A DNA stretch of 64,000 nucleotides from Frankiaceae bacterium (lineage in GTDB: Bacteria; Actinomycetota; Actinomycetes; JAFAQI01), in assembly GCA_019239875.1 (NCBI GenBank), contig JAFAZI010000031.1, forward strand, positions 9,233-73,232. Reading direction: 5' to 3'. This document shows positions 49,276-59,868 of this stretch, one piece after another. A model generated the notes under the pieces. That model ran no database searches, was not told the DNA's origin, and saw nothing but the letters and a program-made list of their open reading frames with translations. The position numbers and the translations under genes were made by a program. Within the stretch, counting starts at the first letter, position 1. The number at the start of each line of letters is the position of its first letter.

Positions 49276-49929
49276 TTGTTGATTTGGGGCCATCATGCCC
49301 TGATGGCGGTGCCGCAGGCGGAGCGTGCCGAGCGCATGCGGGAGCGGCTGCTCGACGCGACGATCGAGTGCCTGGCCACGACCGGCTACGGGCTGATGTC
49401 GACCAACGACGTGGTCCGCACGGCGGGCGTGTCCCGCGGCGCGCTCGCCCACCACTTCCCGACGAAGACCGACCTGGTCACCGCGGCAGCGATCCGGCTG
49501 CTCGCCCAACGCGAGGCCGACTTCCGCGCCCGATTCTCCGCACTCGCTCCCGCGGACCGCACGCCCGCCGTCGCACTTGACGTCCTCTGGTCGTTCTACG
49601 CCGACCCGTCAGGCATCGCGCTCCTCGAGCTCACGGTCGCCGCTCGTAGCCACCCGGAGCTCAAGGACGTCCTCGCCCCGATGACGAAGCAGATCGAGGC
49701 GAGCACCGCAGACGTCTTCGGCGAGTACTTCCCGGACCTAGCTCGGCTGCCGATCGCCGAGCCGGCGCTGCGCGCTATCTATGCCTTGTTCGCCGGCCTG
49801 ACCGTGACATCGATGGGCGGCGACAGCCACGGCGACGAGGTCCGCGAGTTCCTCAAGACTCTCGTTGCTTTCAGTGACCTGCTCATCCCCCTCTTGCCGG
49901 ACCAGCTTCTCGCAGGGAGTTCCGCATGA
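49276..49929 (+). CDS. TetR/AcrR family transcriptional regulator
   Basis: HTH LMSTNDVVRTAGVSRGALAHHFPTKTDLV. An alternative start at 49306 is possible. Confidence 0.75.
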   Translation: MLIWGHHALMAVPQAERAERMRERLLDATIECLATTGYGLMSTNDVVRTAGVSRGALAHHFPTKTDLVTAAAIRLLAQREADFRARFSALAPADRTPAVALDVLWSFYADPSGIALLELTVAARSHPELKDVLAPMTKQIEASTADVFGEYFPDLARLPIAEPALRAIYALFAGLTVTSMGGDSHGDEVREFLKTLVAFSDLLIPLLPDQLLAGSSA

Positions 49930-50786
49930 CAGCTGCACCGTCGTACGCCGATGTTCCGAAGCCGGTGATCAAGACTCGCCGGGTCAGGTTCGACAGCTCG
50001 GGCCTGCGTCGTCACTACGCCGGCGGCGATCTCGTCATGAGTCACATCGTCGCGATCCTGTCGGCGATGTTCCCCGAGGGTGAGGACTTCTTCGTCCGGT
50101 CGGTGCGGCACTACTCCGACCGGATCACCGATCCGGTGCTGAAGGCACAGGTCGCCGGCTTCATCGGACAGGAGACGATGCACGGCCGCGAGCACCGGGC
50201 ACTCAACGACCGACTTCAACAGATGGGCTACCCCACCCACGCCGTCGACCGTCGGGTCAAGCGCGATCTTGCCCGGGCCCACCGGAAGATGCCGCCGAAG
50301 ATGCAGCTCGCCGTGACCAGCGCACTCGAGCACTACACGGCCACCCTCGCCGAGGTCCTGCTCGGCGACGAGAAAGCCCGCGACATCCTCGGCGACAGCG
50401 AGGTCCGCAACGTGTTGCTCTGGCACGCGCTCGAGGAGTCCGAGCACAAGGCGGTGGCGTTCGATGTCTATCGAGCGGTCGGCGGCACCGAGAAGATGCG
50501 GATCCGCGTGATGCGAGTGATGACCTTCTCCTTCTTGATCGGAACCATCCTCGAGACGATCATGTCGATGCTTCGTGACCGCGCGACCTACAACCCGGTC
50601 CGCCTCATCAAGAGCCTGCTCGGCCTGCGGCACTCTCCATGGCTCAGCAAGGAGGTGCGGCAGCGGATTCGCGACTACAACAAGGTCGGCTTCCACCCCG
50701 ATGACAACGACAACTCCGCCTTGCTCGCGCACTGGACCGAGGAGCTGTTCGGCGCGCAGGGCCAGCTGGCAGCGAAGCTCAAGTAA
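49926..50786 (+). CDS. metal-dependent hydrolase (PF10118-like)
   Basis: 286 aa with conserved His/Glu clusters (QETMHGREHRALN...WHALEESEHKAVAFD). Start overlaps the TetR stop (ATGA). Confidence 0.6.
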   Translation: MTAAPSYADVPKPVIKTRRVRFDSSGLRRHYAGGDLVMSHIVAILSAMFPEGEDFFVRSVRHYSDRITDPVLKAQVAGFIGQETMHGREHRALNDRLQQMGYPTHAVDRRVKRDLARAHRKMPPKMQLAVTSALEHYTATLAEVLLGDEKARDILGDSEVRNVLLWHALEESEHKAVAFDVYRAVGGTEKMRIRVMRVMTFSFLIGTILETIMSMLRDRATYNPVRLIKSLLGLRHSPWLSKEVRQRIRDYNKVGFHPDDNDNSALLAHWTEELFGAQGQLAAKLK

Positions 50787-52288
50787 TGGAGTCCCGAGTG
50801 CCGCCGGATCACGACGTTGTGATCGTCGGTAGCGGCTTCGGCGGCATGGGTGCGGCAATCCAGTTCAAGCGACTGGGGATCGATGACCTGCTGATCCTCG
50901 AGCGTGAGAGCGACCTCGGTGGCACCTGGCATGTCAATCGCTATCCCGGCCTGGCGGTCGACGTCGCATCGGTGACCTACTCGTACTCCTTCGAGCCCAA
51001 CCCATACTGGTCGCGCCTGTTCGCGCCCGGTGCGGAGCTCAAGCGGTACGCCGAGCACGTGGCCGACAAGTACGACCTTCGCCGGCACATGCGCTTCGAC
51101 ACCGCGGTCGGCGGAGCTCGCTGGGATGAGGAGAACCAGCACTGGGTTGTCTCCCTCGCGGAGGGTGAGACGGTGACCACTCGTTACCTCGTGACGGCCA
51201 CCGGCTTCCTGTCCCAACCGCATCGTCCTGACATCCCGGGCATCGAGGACTTCGCCGGGACCGTGATCCACACCGCGGCGTGGGACGACACGCACGACCT
51301 CGCCGGAGAGCGCGTTGCGGTGATCGGCACCGGTGCGACGGCGGTGCAGCTGATTCCAGAGCTGGCGAAAGTCGCTGGCGAGCTGACCGTCTATCAACGG
51401 ACGCCGATCTGGGTCGTGCCGAAGATCGACGCTCGGATCCCCGAGCCGGTGCAGCGGTTGTTCGCCCGCGTACCGGCCACGCAACGGTTCGCGCGCCTGC
51501 TCAACACGAGCATGCTCGAGCTGTTGATGGTCACCGCCGTACTGCACTTCCGCCAGGCGAAGCGCATGAACCGCCAGGCGGCAGGTATGGCGGTCCGCCA
51601 TCTCAGGCGCCAGGTCGAAGACCCGGAGCTCCGGCGCAAGCTCACTCCCGACTACGACTTCGGGTGCAAGCGGCCGACGTTCTCCAACGACTATTTCCCG
51701 ACGTTCACGAAGCCGCACGTCACCCTCGAGACGACCTCGATCGACCACTTCGAGGCGGACGGGATCGTCACCACCGACGGCCGTAAGACCGCCATCGACA
51801 CGCTCGTCCTCGCGACCGGCTACAACATCTGGGACATCAACTTCCCGGCGATCGAGCTGATCGGGCGCGACGGGCGAAACCTCGGCAAGTGGTGGCGCGA
51901 GAACCGGTTCCAGGCATACGAGGGCGTCAGCGTCCCGATGTTCCCGAATTACCTCAGCCTGGCCAGTCCTTACTCCTACAGCGGGCTGTCGTACTTCACC
52001 ACGATCGAGTCCCAGATGCGTCACATCAAACGGCTCTTCCGCGAACTGGACCGGCGCCATGCCCATGTCTTCGAGGTCAAGCAGGCGGCCAACGACCAGT
52101 TCCTGGCCCGGATGCGTTCGAAACTGACCTCGTCGGTGTTCAACCTCGGCCACTGCGAGACCGCCAACAGCTACTACTTCAACCAGCACGGGGAGGCGGC
52201 GATCCTGCGGCCGACGTCAACCGTCAACGCTTTCCGGGAAGCCGAGCGATTCCCACTGGACGACTACACATATTCCCGCGCCGGCTGA
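50786..52288 (+). CDS. flavin-dependent monooxygenase, Baeyer-Villiger/FMO type
   Basis: FAD GxGxxG (VIVGSGFGG), BVMO fingerprint FAGTVIHTAAWDD, and a second Rossmann motif VIGTGATAVQ. Start overlaps the upstream stop. Confidence 0.8.
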   Translation: MESRVPPDHDVVIVGSGFGGMGAAIQFKRLGIDDLLILERESDLGGTWHVNRYPGLAVDVASVTYSYSFEPNPYWSRLFAPGAELKRYAEHVADKYDLRRHMRFDTAVGGARWDEENQHWVVSLAEGETVTTRYLVTATGFLSQPHRPDIPGIEDFAGTVIHTAAWDDTHDLAGERVAVIGTGATAVQLIPELAKVAGELTVYQRTPIWVVPKIDARIPEPVQRLFARVPATQRFARLLNTSMLELLMVTAVLHFRQAKRMNRQAAGMAVRHLRRQVEDPELRRKLTPDYDFGCKRPTFSNDYFPTFTKPHVTLETTSIDHFEADGIVTTDGRKTAIDTLVLATGYNIWDINFPAIELIGRDGRNLGKWWRENRFQAYEGVSVPMFPNYLSLASPYSYSGLSYFTTIESQMRHIKRLFRELDRRHAHVFEVKQAANDQFLARMRSKLTSSVFNLGHCETANSYYFNQHGEAAILRPTSTVNAFREAERFPLDDYTYSRAG

Positions 52289-52325
52289 CCCGACGTGTCA
52301 GCCTCTCCGGCCGCTCCAGCGTCCG

Positions 52326-53163
52326 CTAACGCTGACAGGTAGCGATTGCCTCGCGGAGTTGTGCGACCGCGCGTGCGTCGTCGGTGTAGATCGCGATGCT
52401 GGGGAAACGCAGCGTGAGCTTTCTCGCGATCGCGACGTCGTTGTCCTTGGCGGTGTCTTCCCACCGCTTGTCGAGACGCAGGTGGATGCCGCCGTCGATC
52501 TCGACCATCAGCCGCTCGCGCGGAAGGTCGAACTCTGCGTCGAGGTAGCGGCGGCGGCCAGCGCTGTCCTTCCGCACCCTGGTCGCCGGCGTGCGGAAAT
52601 GGTGACGCCGGCACCACTTCAGGAACTCGACCTCGGACATCGCGTCGGCCCCTCCTTCGAGGTCCATACGGCGGCATCTACCGCAGCCCGGGCGACGTCA
52701 CAACAGGTGGGCGACGGGGCAGCACGTCCTCCGGGCCGAATCGGCGCGACTCATGGACGACCATGTTGACGCCGTCGACGGCCGGAACGTGGGCGCCTCG
52801 AGGCACGATGATGTGCACGCCATCGACGGTCATCCCATAGACCCTGACGCCGGACGCTTCGAGTCCCGTCAGCCCCGCCAATGCGACGACGCCAGGCGCC
52901 GAGAGCACCGCCGCCCACCGCTGCTGCTCGGGCGACAATGGGCCGTTGTGCGTGCAGATCACTATCTCGTTGAGTGACCGCCAGGAGCTAGCGGCCGACC
53001 TGGCGGAGGTCGCCAGGCGATCCGTGCCTTGACGCGCGACGCGGTCAATCCGGACCGGTACAGCTGACGCCGGGTCGCCAGGCCGCACTGCTCGACCAGA
53101 AAATCCATCAGGCGATAGTGCGTGAGACCGGAGCGCGGCGCGTGTCGCTATCCCCAAACGCAT
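52326..53163 (-). pseudogene. DUF559 (Vsr-like endonuclease domain) protein gene, apparently frameshifted
   Basis: The N-terminal part (52678..53163) and the DUF559 endonuclease part (52326..52667; VEIDGGIHL...WEDTAKDND) lie in different frames about 10 bp apart. Confidence 0.5.
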
Positions 53164-53211
53164 CTGTCCGCGTGAGGGGACGCTATGACGACCGGAGCGA
53201 CTGACAAGTCG

Positions 53212-53703
53212 CTATTCCCGGGCCAGGCGTGCTGTGAAGGCGGTGTGGTACCGCCACATCAGATGATCGCCGTCGTACCACCTCCGGATCTCGACACCGG
53301 GCATTCCCTGCGGCCGAAGCACCAGCGCGCCGGCCTCGAAGGATGCGGCGACGCTGATCGGAGTGGCATGGTCGAGGGCCGCCACGTCGTTCACACCGTT
53401 CTCGTAGGTCCCGTCGGCACGCATGTCGTGAACGACGCCGCCCGCGGTGATCACGACGCGATCGCCGGCTTGTTCGATTCGCTCGATGTGCTGCCACATC
53501 GGGTGATCGTGGGAGAGCACGGTGCCGTCATCCGCGCGAAGATCTAGCACCCGCCAGAGGCCGCGGAGGTCCGGGGCGCCGTCGGCGAGCGGGTCGTCGC
53601 AACCGTCGAGAATCGGGCCAGGCATCGTCGCGCCGTAACCGCCGGGCGGGGTGTGAGCCGTGGGAACATCGAGGTACGTCGGCATGCGCGAACTTCCGGT
53701 CAA
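53212..53703 (-). CDS. hypothetical protein
   Basis: 163-aa ORF with protein-like composition. It is divergent from the TetR gene at 53795. I recognise no domain. Confidence 0.45.
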   Translation of the reverse strand: MTGSSRMPTYLDVPTAHTPPGGYGATMPGPILDGCDDPLADGAPDLRGLWRVLDLRADDGTVLSHDHPMWQHIERIEQAGDRVVITAGGVVHDMRADGTYENGVNDVAALDHATPISVAASFEAGALVLRPQGMPGVEIRRWYDGDHLMWRYHTAFTARLARE

Positions 53704-53794
53704 GGTGTCTGGCGATCCTAGAAACTGACATATAGACTGTCAATAACCGCGGGGGCACGGTTGGTGCAGGAGCAGATTCGATGAGGAGCCGCGC

Positions 53795-54394
53795 ATGACG
53801 TCGGCAGCGACGGAGCTCGACGGCCGTCGGGCGAGGCGTGGCCGCAACCGCGAGGCGGTCGTCGACGCATTGCTCGAGCTGTTTCGCGAGGGGGAGCTGA
53901 GTCCATCGGTCGCCGCGGTCGCCGAACGCTCGGGGGTGTCGCTTCGGTCCGTGTTCCGGTACTTCGACGATCTCGACGAGATGGGTCGGATTGCCATCGC
54001 TCGGCACACCGAGGGCGTGCAGCACCTGTTCCCCCTGCCCAAGCTCGGGGAAGGTGCCCGCACTGATCGGATCAAGCGGATGGCTGATCACCGGGTGACG
54101 TTGTACGAAGCGGTCGCTCCGATCGTGCGAGCCACCATGATCCGCGCGCCTTTCCAACCAGTCATTGCGGCAGGCCTTCGGGACCGCCGCGAGTTCCTCC
54201 GCGGGCAGGTCGAAGCGCAGTTCGCGCCGGAGATCTCACGCGTCTCGGAGGCTGATCGGTTCGCGCTCGTGGCGGCGCTGGATGCGTTGACATCCTTCGA
54301 AACGCTCGAGTTGTGGCATCGCGATCGCGGCCTGGCGTTCACGAAGTGCGCGTCGGTCATGCGTCGCGCCCTCGACCAGTTGCTCCCTCGCTAG
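53795..54394 (+). CDS. TetR family transcriptional regulator
   Basis: N-terminal TetR HTH (VAAVAERSGVSLRSVFRYFDDLDEM). Confidence 0.8.
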   Translation: MTSAATELDGRRARRGRNREAVVDALLELFREGELSPSVAAVAERSGVSLRSVFRYFDDLDEMGRIAIARHTEGVQHLFPLPKLGEGARTDRIKRMADHRVTLYEAVAPIVRATMIRAPFQPVIAAGLRDRREFLRGQVEAQFAPEISRVSEADRFALVAALDALTSFETLELWHRDRGLAFTKCASVMRRALDQLLPR

Positions 54395-54404
54395 GAGGCC
54401 TCCC

Positions 54405-55316
54405 GTGCACGCCTTGCGTACTCCTGACGAGCGATTCGCGAACCTCCCAGGTTTCGCCTTCGCCCCGCACTACGCCGAAGTGCCGGACGGCGCGGGCGGG
54501 TCGCTGCGCATGCACTACCTCGACGAGGGTCCCGCGTCGGCGCCGGTCGTCGTACTCATGCATGGCGAGCCGTCGTGGTGCTTCCTCTACCGCACCATGA
54601 TCCCGGTGCTGGTGGATGCGGGCTTGCGTTGCATCGCGCCCGACCTGATCGGTTTCGGCCGATCCGACAAGCCGACTAATCGCGAGGACTTCAGCTACGC
54701 CGGACACGTGGCATGGGTCACCAACCTGCTCATCGAGCAGCTCCAGCTGACGGATGCGACGTTGTTCGGTCAGGACTGGGGCGGCCTGATCGGGCTTCGA
54801 GTGGTCGCTGAGAATCCGGACCACTTCGCTCGCGTGGTCGTCGGGAACACCGGACTGCCCACCGGCGACGCGAAGATCACGGAGGCGTTCCTGAACTGGC
54901 AACGCTTCTCTCAGGAGACACCGAACTTCGACGTCGGCGTGATCGTGAGCATAGGTGTCGCGTCGCCCATGGCGCCAGCGGTCGTCGATGCCTACAACGC
55001 GCCGTTTCCTGACGACAGTTACAAGGCCGCCGCGCGAGCCTTCCCGTTGCTGGTCCCGACGCAGCCGGACGATCCCGCGTCAGCGGCGAATCGGAAGGCA
55101 TGGGAAGTCTTCGCGTCCTGGGACAAGCCGTTCCTGACGGCGTTCAGTGACAGCGACCCGATCACCGCCGGCGGATTCCGGGTCTTCCAGGACAAGATCC
55201 CGGGTGCGGCTAGCCAAGCCCATGTCACCATCGAGGCGGCCGGTCACTTCCTCCAGGAGGACAAGGGCCCCGAGCTCGCCGCAACGATCGTCGACTTCAT
55301 CAACTCGACGAGCTGA
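54405..55316 (+). CDS. haloalkane dehalogenase (alpha/beta-hydrolase)
   Basis: HGEPSWCFLYR, nucleophile elbow GQDWGG, and C-terminal His in AAGHFLQED. This is a typical haloalkane dehalogenase pattern. Confidence 0.8.
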   Translation: MHALRTPDERFANLPGFAFAPHYAEVPDGAGGSLRMHYLDEGPASAPVVVLMHGEPSWCFLYRTMIPVLVDAGLRCIAPDLIGFGRSDKPTNREDFSYAGHVAWVTNLLIEQLQLTDATLFGQDWGGLIGLRVVAENPDHFARVVVGNTGLPTGDAKITEAFLNWQRFSQETPNFDVGVIVSIGVASPMAPAVVDAYNAPFPDDSYKAAARAFPLLVPTQPDDPASAANRKAWEVFASWDKPFLTAFSDSDPITAGGFRVFQDKIPGAASQAHVTIEAAGHFLQEDKGPELAATIVDFINSTS

Positions 55317-56025
55317 CCTCGGCGAGCGCCGCCGCGAGCTCGTTGATGAACGGCTGCATCACGACGGCATAGCAGCCATCGTCCCAGTCCTGCGTCGCGA
55401 TCGCGTCGCGCACTGCCCCGACGTCGGCGGCCGGGATCGCGTGCCATCGCGCGGCTGCCCAGGTGCGACCGTCGCCGATGATCACCGCGTCGACCCGGAA
55501 CGTCGCCAGTGGCCGGCAGCCCGGCGTCGCGATGCCTGGTGCGGCGTCGTCCGCCACGAGCTGCAGCAGCAGGAGCTCCTCATCCGCAAGCCGCACGGGG
55601 TAAATCGTCTCAACCCGCGGATAGGTCGCGGCGACGATCGTCGACGCCATCCCTGCCTCTTTGTGCACGTGGAGCTCCCGAAAGGCCGGCGAGGACTCCA
55701 TCTCGAGCATGGCGCGTCGCGAGGGGTAACGCACGATCGCGATGCGATCCCAGACCGGCACGTCGCCGATCAGCTGTTCGACGACCGGTGCCACGAGAAC
55801 GATCCGGGCGCCGACCGCCGCGAGCGGCTCGAACGGCGCGTACCGGTCGTCTGCCTCCTGGCCCGTGATCGTCGACTCGCGCCCGTCGCGGTAGTCGGCG
55901 ACCGCGCGATAGTGCATGAGGTTCAACGCCCACATCGGCTCGTCGTCTGGGATGGTGTCCCACGACGCGATGTAGTCGAGGTTCAGGGTGCCGTAGCGGG
56001 GTGGCTGCGTGGCGAGGTCGGTCAT
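55300..56025 (-). CDS. hypothetical protein with DUF1330-like (Dabb-fold) regions
   Basis: 241 aa. The segment WDRIAIVRYPSRRAMLEMESSPAFREL resembles DUF1330. Start overlaps the sulfatase stop (ATGA). Confidence 0.45.
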   Translation of the reverse strand: MTDLATQPPRYGTLNLDYIASWDTIPDDEPMWALNLMHYRAVADYRDGRESTITGQEADDRYAPFEPLAAVGARIVLVAPVVEQLIGDVPVWDRIAIVRYPSRRAMLEMESSPAFRELHVHKEAGMASTIVAATYPRVETIYPVRLADEELLLLQLVADDAAPGIATPGCRPLATFRVDAVIIGDGRTWAAARWHAIPAADVGAVRDAIATQDWDDGCYAVVMQPFINELAAALAEVSSSS

Positions 56026-58607
56026 GCGGTGGGCCCATCCTTGCGTGCCTCGACGAGCCGCATCATCGCGTCGGCCACCATCGGGCCGGCGTTCTGGTTC
56101 TGCCCGGTGACGAGATTGCCGTCGCTGACCCAGTGATTGGCGAACGGGTCACGGAAGCGGGTGGCGCTCTCGAACTTCGCACCCACGCGCCGTAGTTCTT
56201 TCTCAGGATGAAACGGCGTTCGGGTGATGCCGAGCTCGCGGACTTGCTTGTCGGTCACCGCACTGACCGCGCGCCCCTCGACCAGCGGTCGGCCGTCGGG
56301 TGCGGTCGCGTTCACCAGACCGAGCGGCCCGTGACACACGCCTCCGATGACCACGTCGGCGGCGGCCGCGGCTGTCATCGCATCGGCCAGCTCTTGCGAC
56401 GTCGCGAAGTCGAAGGCCGCGCCCCACCCGCCGGCCAGGAACACGGCGTCGTACTCGGCGACATCGACGGCGCTGATCGCGATGGAGTCGTTCAGCTTCT
56501 CCCGCAGCACCGGGTCGGCGAGCATGCGGTCGTCGGCGTCGCTGCGGATCACCGGCTTGAGCGACATCGGATCGATGGGTACGACGCCACCTCGCGGGCT
56601 GGCGACCTCCACCTGCATGCCGGCGTCGAGGAACGCGTAGTAAGGAACGGTCAGCTCCGAGGCGAACACCCCGGTCGGCTTCCCGATGTCGAGCACGCCG
56701 TGATTCGTGGCGATGACGAGGGCCCGGCACCCGGTGAGGTCGCCGTCGTAGCGGTCGGGTGCGTCAGGATGCATGCCGATCCGCTGCACGACTTTGCGAA
56801 GCACTCGCGCCGGCGGTGGCGGCTGCTGCTTGGTCACGGTCGACGCCCGACTCGTCTGGTACGGCCAGGGCGAGTTCCGCTCCGGCACGCAGTGATGGCG
56901 CTCTTCCTTCAGTCGCGCCTTGAGGTGGGTGAGCACCTCGCGGAACATCGGGTCGTGTGCCCGGTTGACCGACTCGGTCGGGTCGGCATCGAGGTCGTAG
57001 AGCTCCCACTCGTCGGGGAGCGGTTCGCGTCGGGTCATGGCACCGCCGACGCCGTTGGCGGCGAGCTGCTGGACGCCCGGTGTGGTCCACGTCGCCGGGT
57101 CGTCGAAGGTTCGGACGAGCTTCCATAGATGGTCCGCACCAAGCGTGGCGTCGCCGGCGGCCACGCGCGTCACGATGCCCTCGAAATTGCTCCCGACGTG
57201 GGCCGCGACCTGGATCCTTAGCGGCGCCGGAGGGTTCGACGTACGGTTCAACTTCCGGGCCAGCCCAGACAGGCCGGAGTCGCCCTCGAGCATGTTGTCC
57301 CGGGTGAGCAGGTACACGGCCCGATCGGCATCGCCCGATTCGCCCTCGACGGTCGGCATCAGGCTCCGGCCCGGAAGCTCGTGGACTTCTGAGAAGTTCG
57401 CCCGCAGCGCGGCGGCCGTCGCCTCGACGTCGATACCCGCCGCCTCGAGCAGCGTTGGCACCACATCGACGTGAGACGTCGGCGTGGTCACCTGCCGAGC
57501 CGTGGTCGGCCGGGCGCCGACTCGCGCGACGAAGAACGGGATCCGCGTCGCTTCGTCGTAGAGGTTGAACCACTTCTGATGCAGCCCGCCGTGAGCGCCG
57601 AGCAGCTCACCGTGGTCCGACGTCCGCACGATGACGGCGTCGGTCGACCCGTCCGTGACGGCTCGGCGGACCCGGTCGATCGACCCGTCGACCTCCGCGT
57701 GCAGCCGGTAGTAGAGGTTGCGATAGGCCTGCGCGCCCTTGCGATAGATGCGTTCGATCGCCGGCGCGGGGCCGTATCCGGTCGGGTAGCTGGCTCGATA
57801 TGCGACCTGCGCGGCCGGCTTGGATCGCAGGTCTTCGTGATCGGTGGGGGACTCCGGGATGTCGGGCGGGTCGAGCGGCGACGGCGCGATCGGGCTCCGT
57901 CGTTGCCATGCCGGGAACAGCACGATGTCGTGCGGGTTCACGAAGCTCACGACGAGCAGGAATGGCCGCAGCGCGTCGGCATCGCCTGCCGCCCGGCGGG
58001 CGTAGCGGTCGGCGAGCCACTCGACGGTGCGGTCGGCGAGCAGGGGGTCACGGCGCAGCCCACAGTCGGCGATCCCCGCGCCGTGGGGCTCGGGCCCGAC
58101 CCAGCCCGAGAACCCGTACGGTGCAAGCGGATCCGCGTCGAGATAGGCCTTGACCCCATCCGGCAGCACCTCGCCGGACGCAGTGTTGGTGGCGAGCGGC
58201 TTGCCGGTTGCCGGGTCGGTCAGGTCCGCGTGGCTGATGTGCCACTTGCCGTCGTAGTGCGTGTCGTAGCCAGCGGCCCGGAACCAGTTCCCGAGGGTGG
58301 GCACTTCGCCCTGGCGCAACCACCGCATCCGGCTGTCGTCGGCGGCCTTTCCGAGCCCGTCCGTCTGGGTAACACCGTGGACATCGGGGTACTGGCCGGT
58401 GAACAGCGTCGGCCGGCTCGGCACGCAGGCAAGCGAGCCGGTGTAGTGGCGCGTGAAGCTCACCGCGTTGTCGGCGAACCAGTTCGTGCTGGCCAGCTGC
58501 TCGCGCCGCCACGCTGCAATCGACTCGGACTCATACGACGGAGCCGCCCGCTCCTCGTCGGTCATGATGATGACGACGTCCGGCCGGCTGTTGTGCCGCG
58601 GGCTCAT
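56022..58607 (-). CDS. sulfatase (formylglycine-dependent, CxPxR type) fused to a C-terminal DJ-1/PfpI (class I glutamine amidotransferase-like) domain
   Basis: Sulfatase signature SLACVPSRPTLFTGQYP in the N-terminal ~560 aa. The C-terminal ~230 aa has DJ-1/PfpI features (GGWGAAFDF...VIGGVCHGP). Start placed at ATG 58607, with GAGGAG 8 nt upstream; the track ORF adds a junk 80 aa. Confidence 0.75.
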   Translation of the reverse strand: MSPRHNSRPDVVIIMTDEERAAPSYESESIAAWRREQLASTNWFADNAVSFTRHYTGSLACVPSRPTLFTGQYPDVHGVTQTDGLGKAADDSRMRWLRQGEVPTLGNWFRAAGYDTHYDGKWHISHADLTDPATGKPLATNTASGEVLPDGVKAYLDADPLAPYGFSGWVGPEPHGAGIADCGLRRDPLLADRTVEWLADRYARRAAGDADALRPFLLVVSFVNPHDIVLFPAWQRRSPIAPSPLDPPDIPESPTDHEDLRSKPAAQVAYRASYPTGYGPAPAIERIYRKGAQAYRNLYYRLHAEVDGSIDRVRRAVTDGSTDAVIVRTSDHGELLGAHGGLHQKWFNLYDEATRIPFFVARVGARPTTARQVTTPTSHVDVVPTLLEAAGIDVEATAAALRANFSEVHELPGRSLMPTVEGESGDADRAVYLLTRDNMLEGDSGLSGLARKLNRTSNPPAPLRIQVAAHVGSNFEGIVTRVAAGDATLGADHLWKLVRTFDDPATWTTPGVQQLAANGVGGAMTRREPLPDEWELYDLDADPTESVNRAHDPMFREVLTHLKARLKEERHHCVPERNSPWPYQTSRASTVTKQQPPPPARVLRKVVQRIGMHPDAPDRYDGDLTGCRALVIATNHGVLDIGKPTGVFASELTVPYYAFLDAGMQVEVASPRGGVVPIDPMSLKPVIRSDADDRMLADPVLREKLNDSIAISAVDVAEYDAVFLAGGWGAAFDFATSQELADAMTAAAAADVVIGGVCHGPLGLVNATAPDGRPLVEGRAVSAVTDKQVRELGITRTPFHPEKELRRVGAKFESATRFRDPFANHWVSDGNLVTGQNQNAGPMVADAMMRLVEARKDGPTA

Positions 58608-59044
58608 GACAGCTCCTCGAGGTAGTCGGCTAGGCCGGCCAGCATCCGGCTGGATTCGCTGCCCAGCTTGCGGCGCAGGACGCGGCTGACCACCTTGCCG
58701 GGAGGACCGGGCACTGCGTCGATCGTCGTGGACATCGTCGTCAGCGTCCCGCCATCCTGCGGGAGCAGCGTCCACGTCGTCTCGACGGCACCCGCCGCCG
58801 GCGGCAGGCCGGTGATCGCGTACCTGAGCCGCTCGTCCGGCAGCCAATCCGTGACACGTTCCAGCAGCGCGATTCGCCCGAGCTGCACGCGGCGTACCGC
58901 CCCAACGCCGTCGGTCGTCGCGCTGGCGACTGAGGAATGCTCGACGCCCGGTGCCCAGCGGCTGATCGCCCCGAAGTCGGCGAGCGCCTTCCAGACCGCC
59001 GCGGGCGGATGCGAGATCAGTCGCGATTTCGCAACCGTGGTCAT
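58604..59044 (-). CDS. SRPBCC family protein (polyketide cyclase/dehydrase-like)
   Basis: 146 aa: [33 protein letters not shown]. Start and stop overlap both neighbours (ATGA). Confidence 0.7.
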   Translation of the reverse strand: MTTVAKSRLISHPPAAVWKALADFGAISRWAPGVEHSSVASATTDGVGAVRRVQLGRIALLERVTDWLPDERLRYAITGLPPAAGAVETTWTLLPQDGGTLTTMSTTIDAVPGPPGKVVSRVLRRKLGSESSRMLAGLADYLEELS

Positions 59045-59868
59045 GGGATCACCACCTGGTGGAGGTCGTCGCCGAGCTCGAGCCGGCCCGCGAAGTGTGC
59101 GGCGGCCCGGCGCCGCCACTCCGGCTCTGAATCGGGTGTCAAGGCTGGGACGTAGTGAGTCAGAACGAGCGTCGCCGCGCCGGCGCGGGCGGCGGTCTGC
59201 GCGACCTGCTCGACAGAGGAGTGGTACTCGCAGACGTCCTGCAATCGCTGCAGCGGTGCGGCTTCGAGCAGGTCGGTGCGCAGGGCGGTGTGAACGATCG
59301 CGTCCGCCCCGAGGCACAAGGCGTCCAATGACTCGCACGGGACGGTGTCCCCTGCGGCGACCACCGAGCGCTCGCCGTGCTCCACCCGGAACGCGATGGT
59401 GGGGCTGACCGGCCGATGGTCGGTGGGTCCGGCGAGCACGGTGACCTCTGGCGTCTTGAGGCACACGCCCTCGGTGACCTCGTGGACGTCGACGGGTGGC
59501 GTCCACGTCAGGTCCGCGTGGTGCGCGATCCGGTATCGGATGTCGGGTGCCAGGGCGGCGAGCAGGCCGTCGACGACCTCGCTCGTGCCTGACGGCCCGA
59601 CGATGGTCAGTGGGGCCGGCTGGAAGCTGGTCACCCAACGGCTGGTGATGACGTCTGACAGGTCGGTGATGTGGTCGCTGTGCAGGTGCGTCAGCAGCAC
59701 GGCATCCAGACTGGCGGCGCTGGCCCCAACAGCTGCCGCGCGCATCAGCACGCCTCGACCGGCGTCGATGAGCAGCGTTGTCGAGCCGGCCCGGATCAAG
59801 GTCGACGGTCCGGCGCGGTCCGGGTCGGGCAGCGGACTACCGGTGCCGAGCAGGGTGATCTCGATCAT
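59041..59868 (-). CDS. MBL-fold metallo-hydrolase
   Basis: HxHxDH motif [11 protein letters not shown]; 275 aa. Confidence 0.75.
   Translation of the reverse strand: MIEITLLGTGSPLPDPDRAGPSTLIRAGSTTLLIDAGRGVLMRAAAVGASAASLDAVLLTHLHSDHITDLSDVITSRWVTSFQPAPLTIVGPSGTSEVVDGLLAALAPDIRYRIAHHADLTWTPPVDVHEVTEGVCLKTPEVTVLAGPTDHRPVSPTIAFRVEHGERSVVAAGDTVPCESLDALCLGADAIVHTALRTDLLEAAPLQRLQDVCEYHSSVEQVAQTAARAGAATLVLTHYVPALTPDSEPEWRRRAAAHFAGRLELGDDLHQVVIP

Noticed and set aside
56022-58847. 941-aa version of the sulfatase fusion ORF, and the 344-aa version of the SRPBCC ORF (58604..59638)
   Set aside because: N-terminal extensions are Arg/Gly-rich and overlap upstream genes. Internal ATGs with RBS that overlap upstream stops (ATGA) give proteins of expected size.
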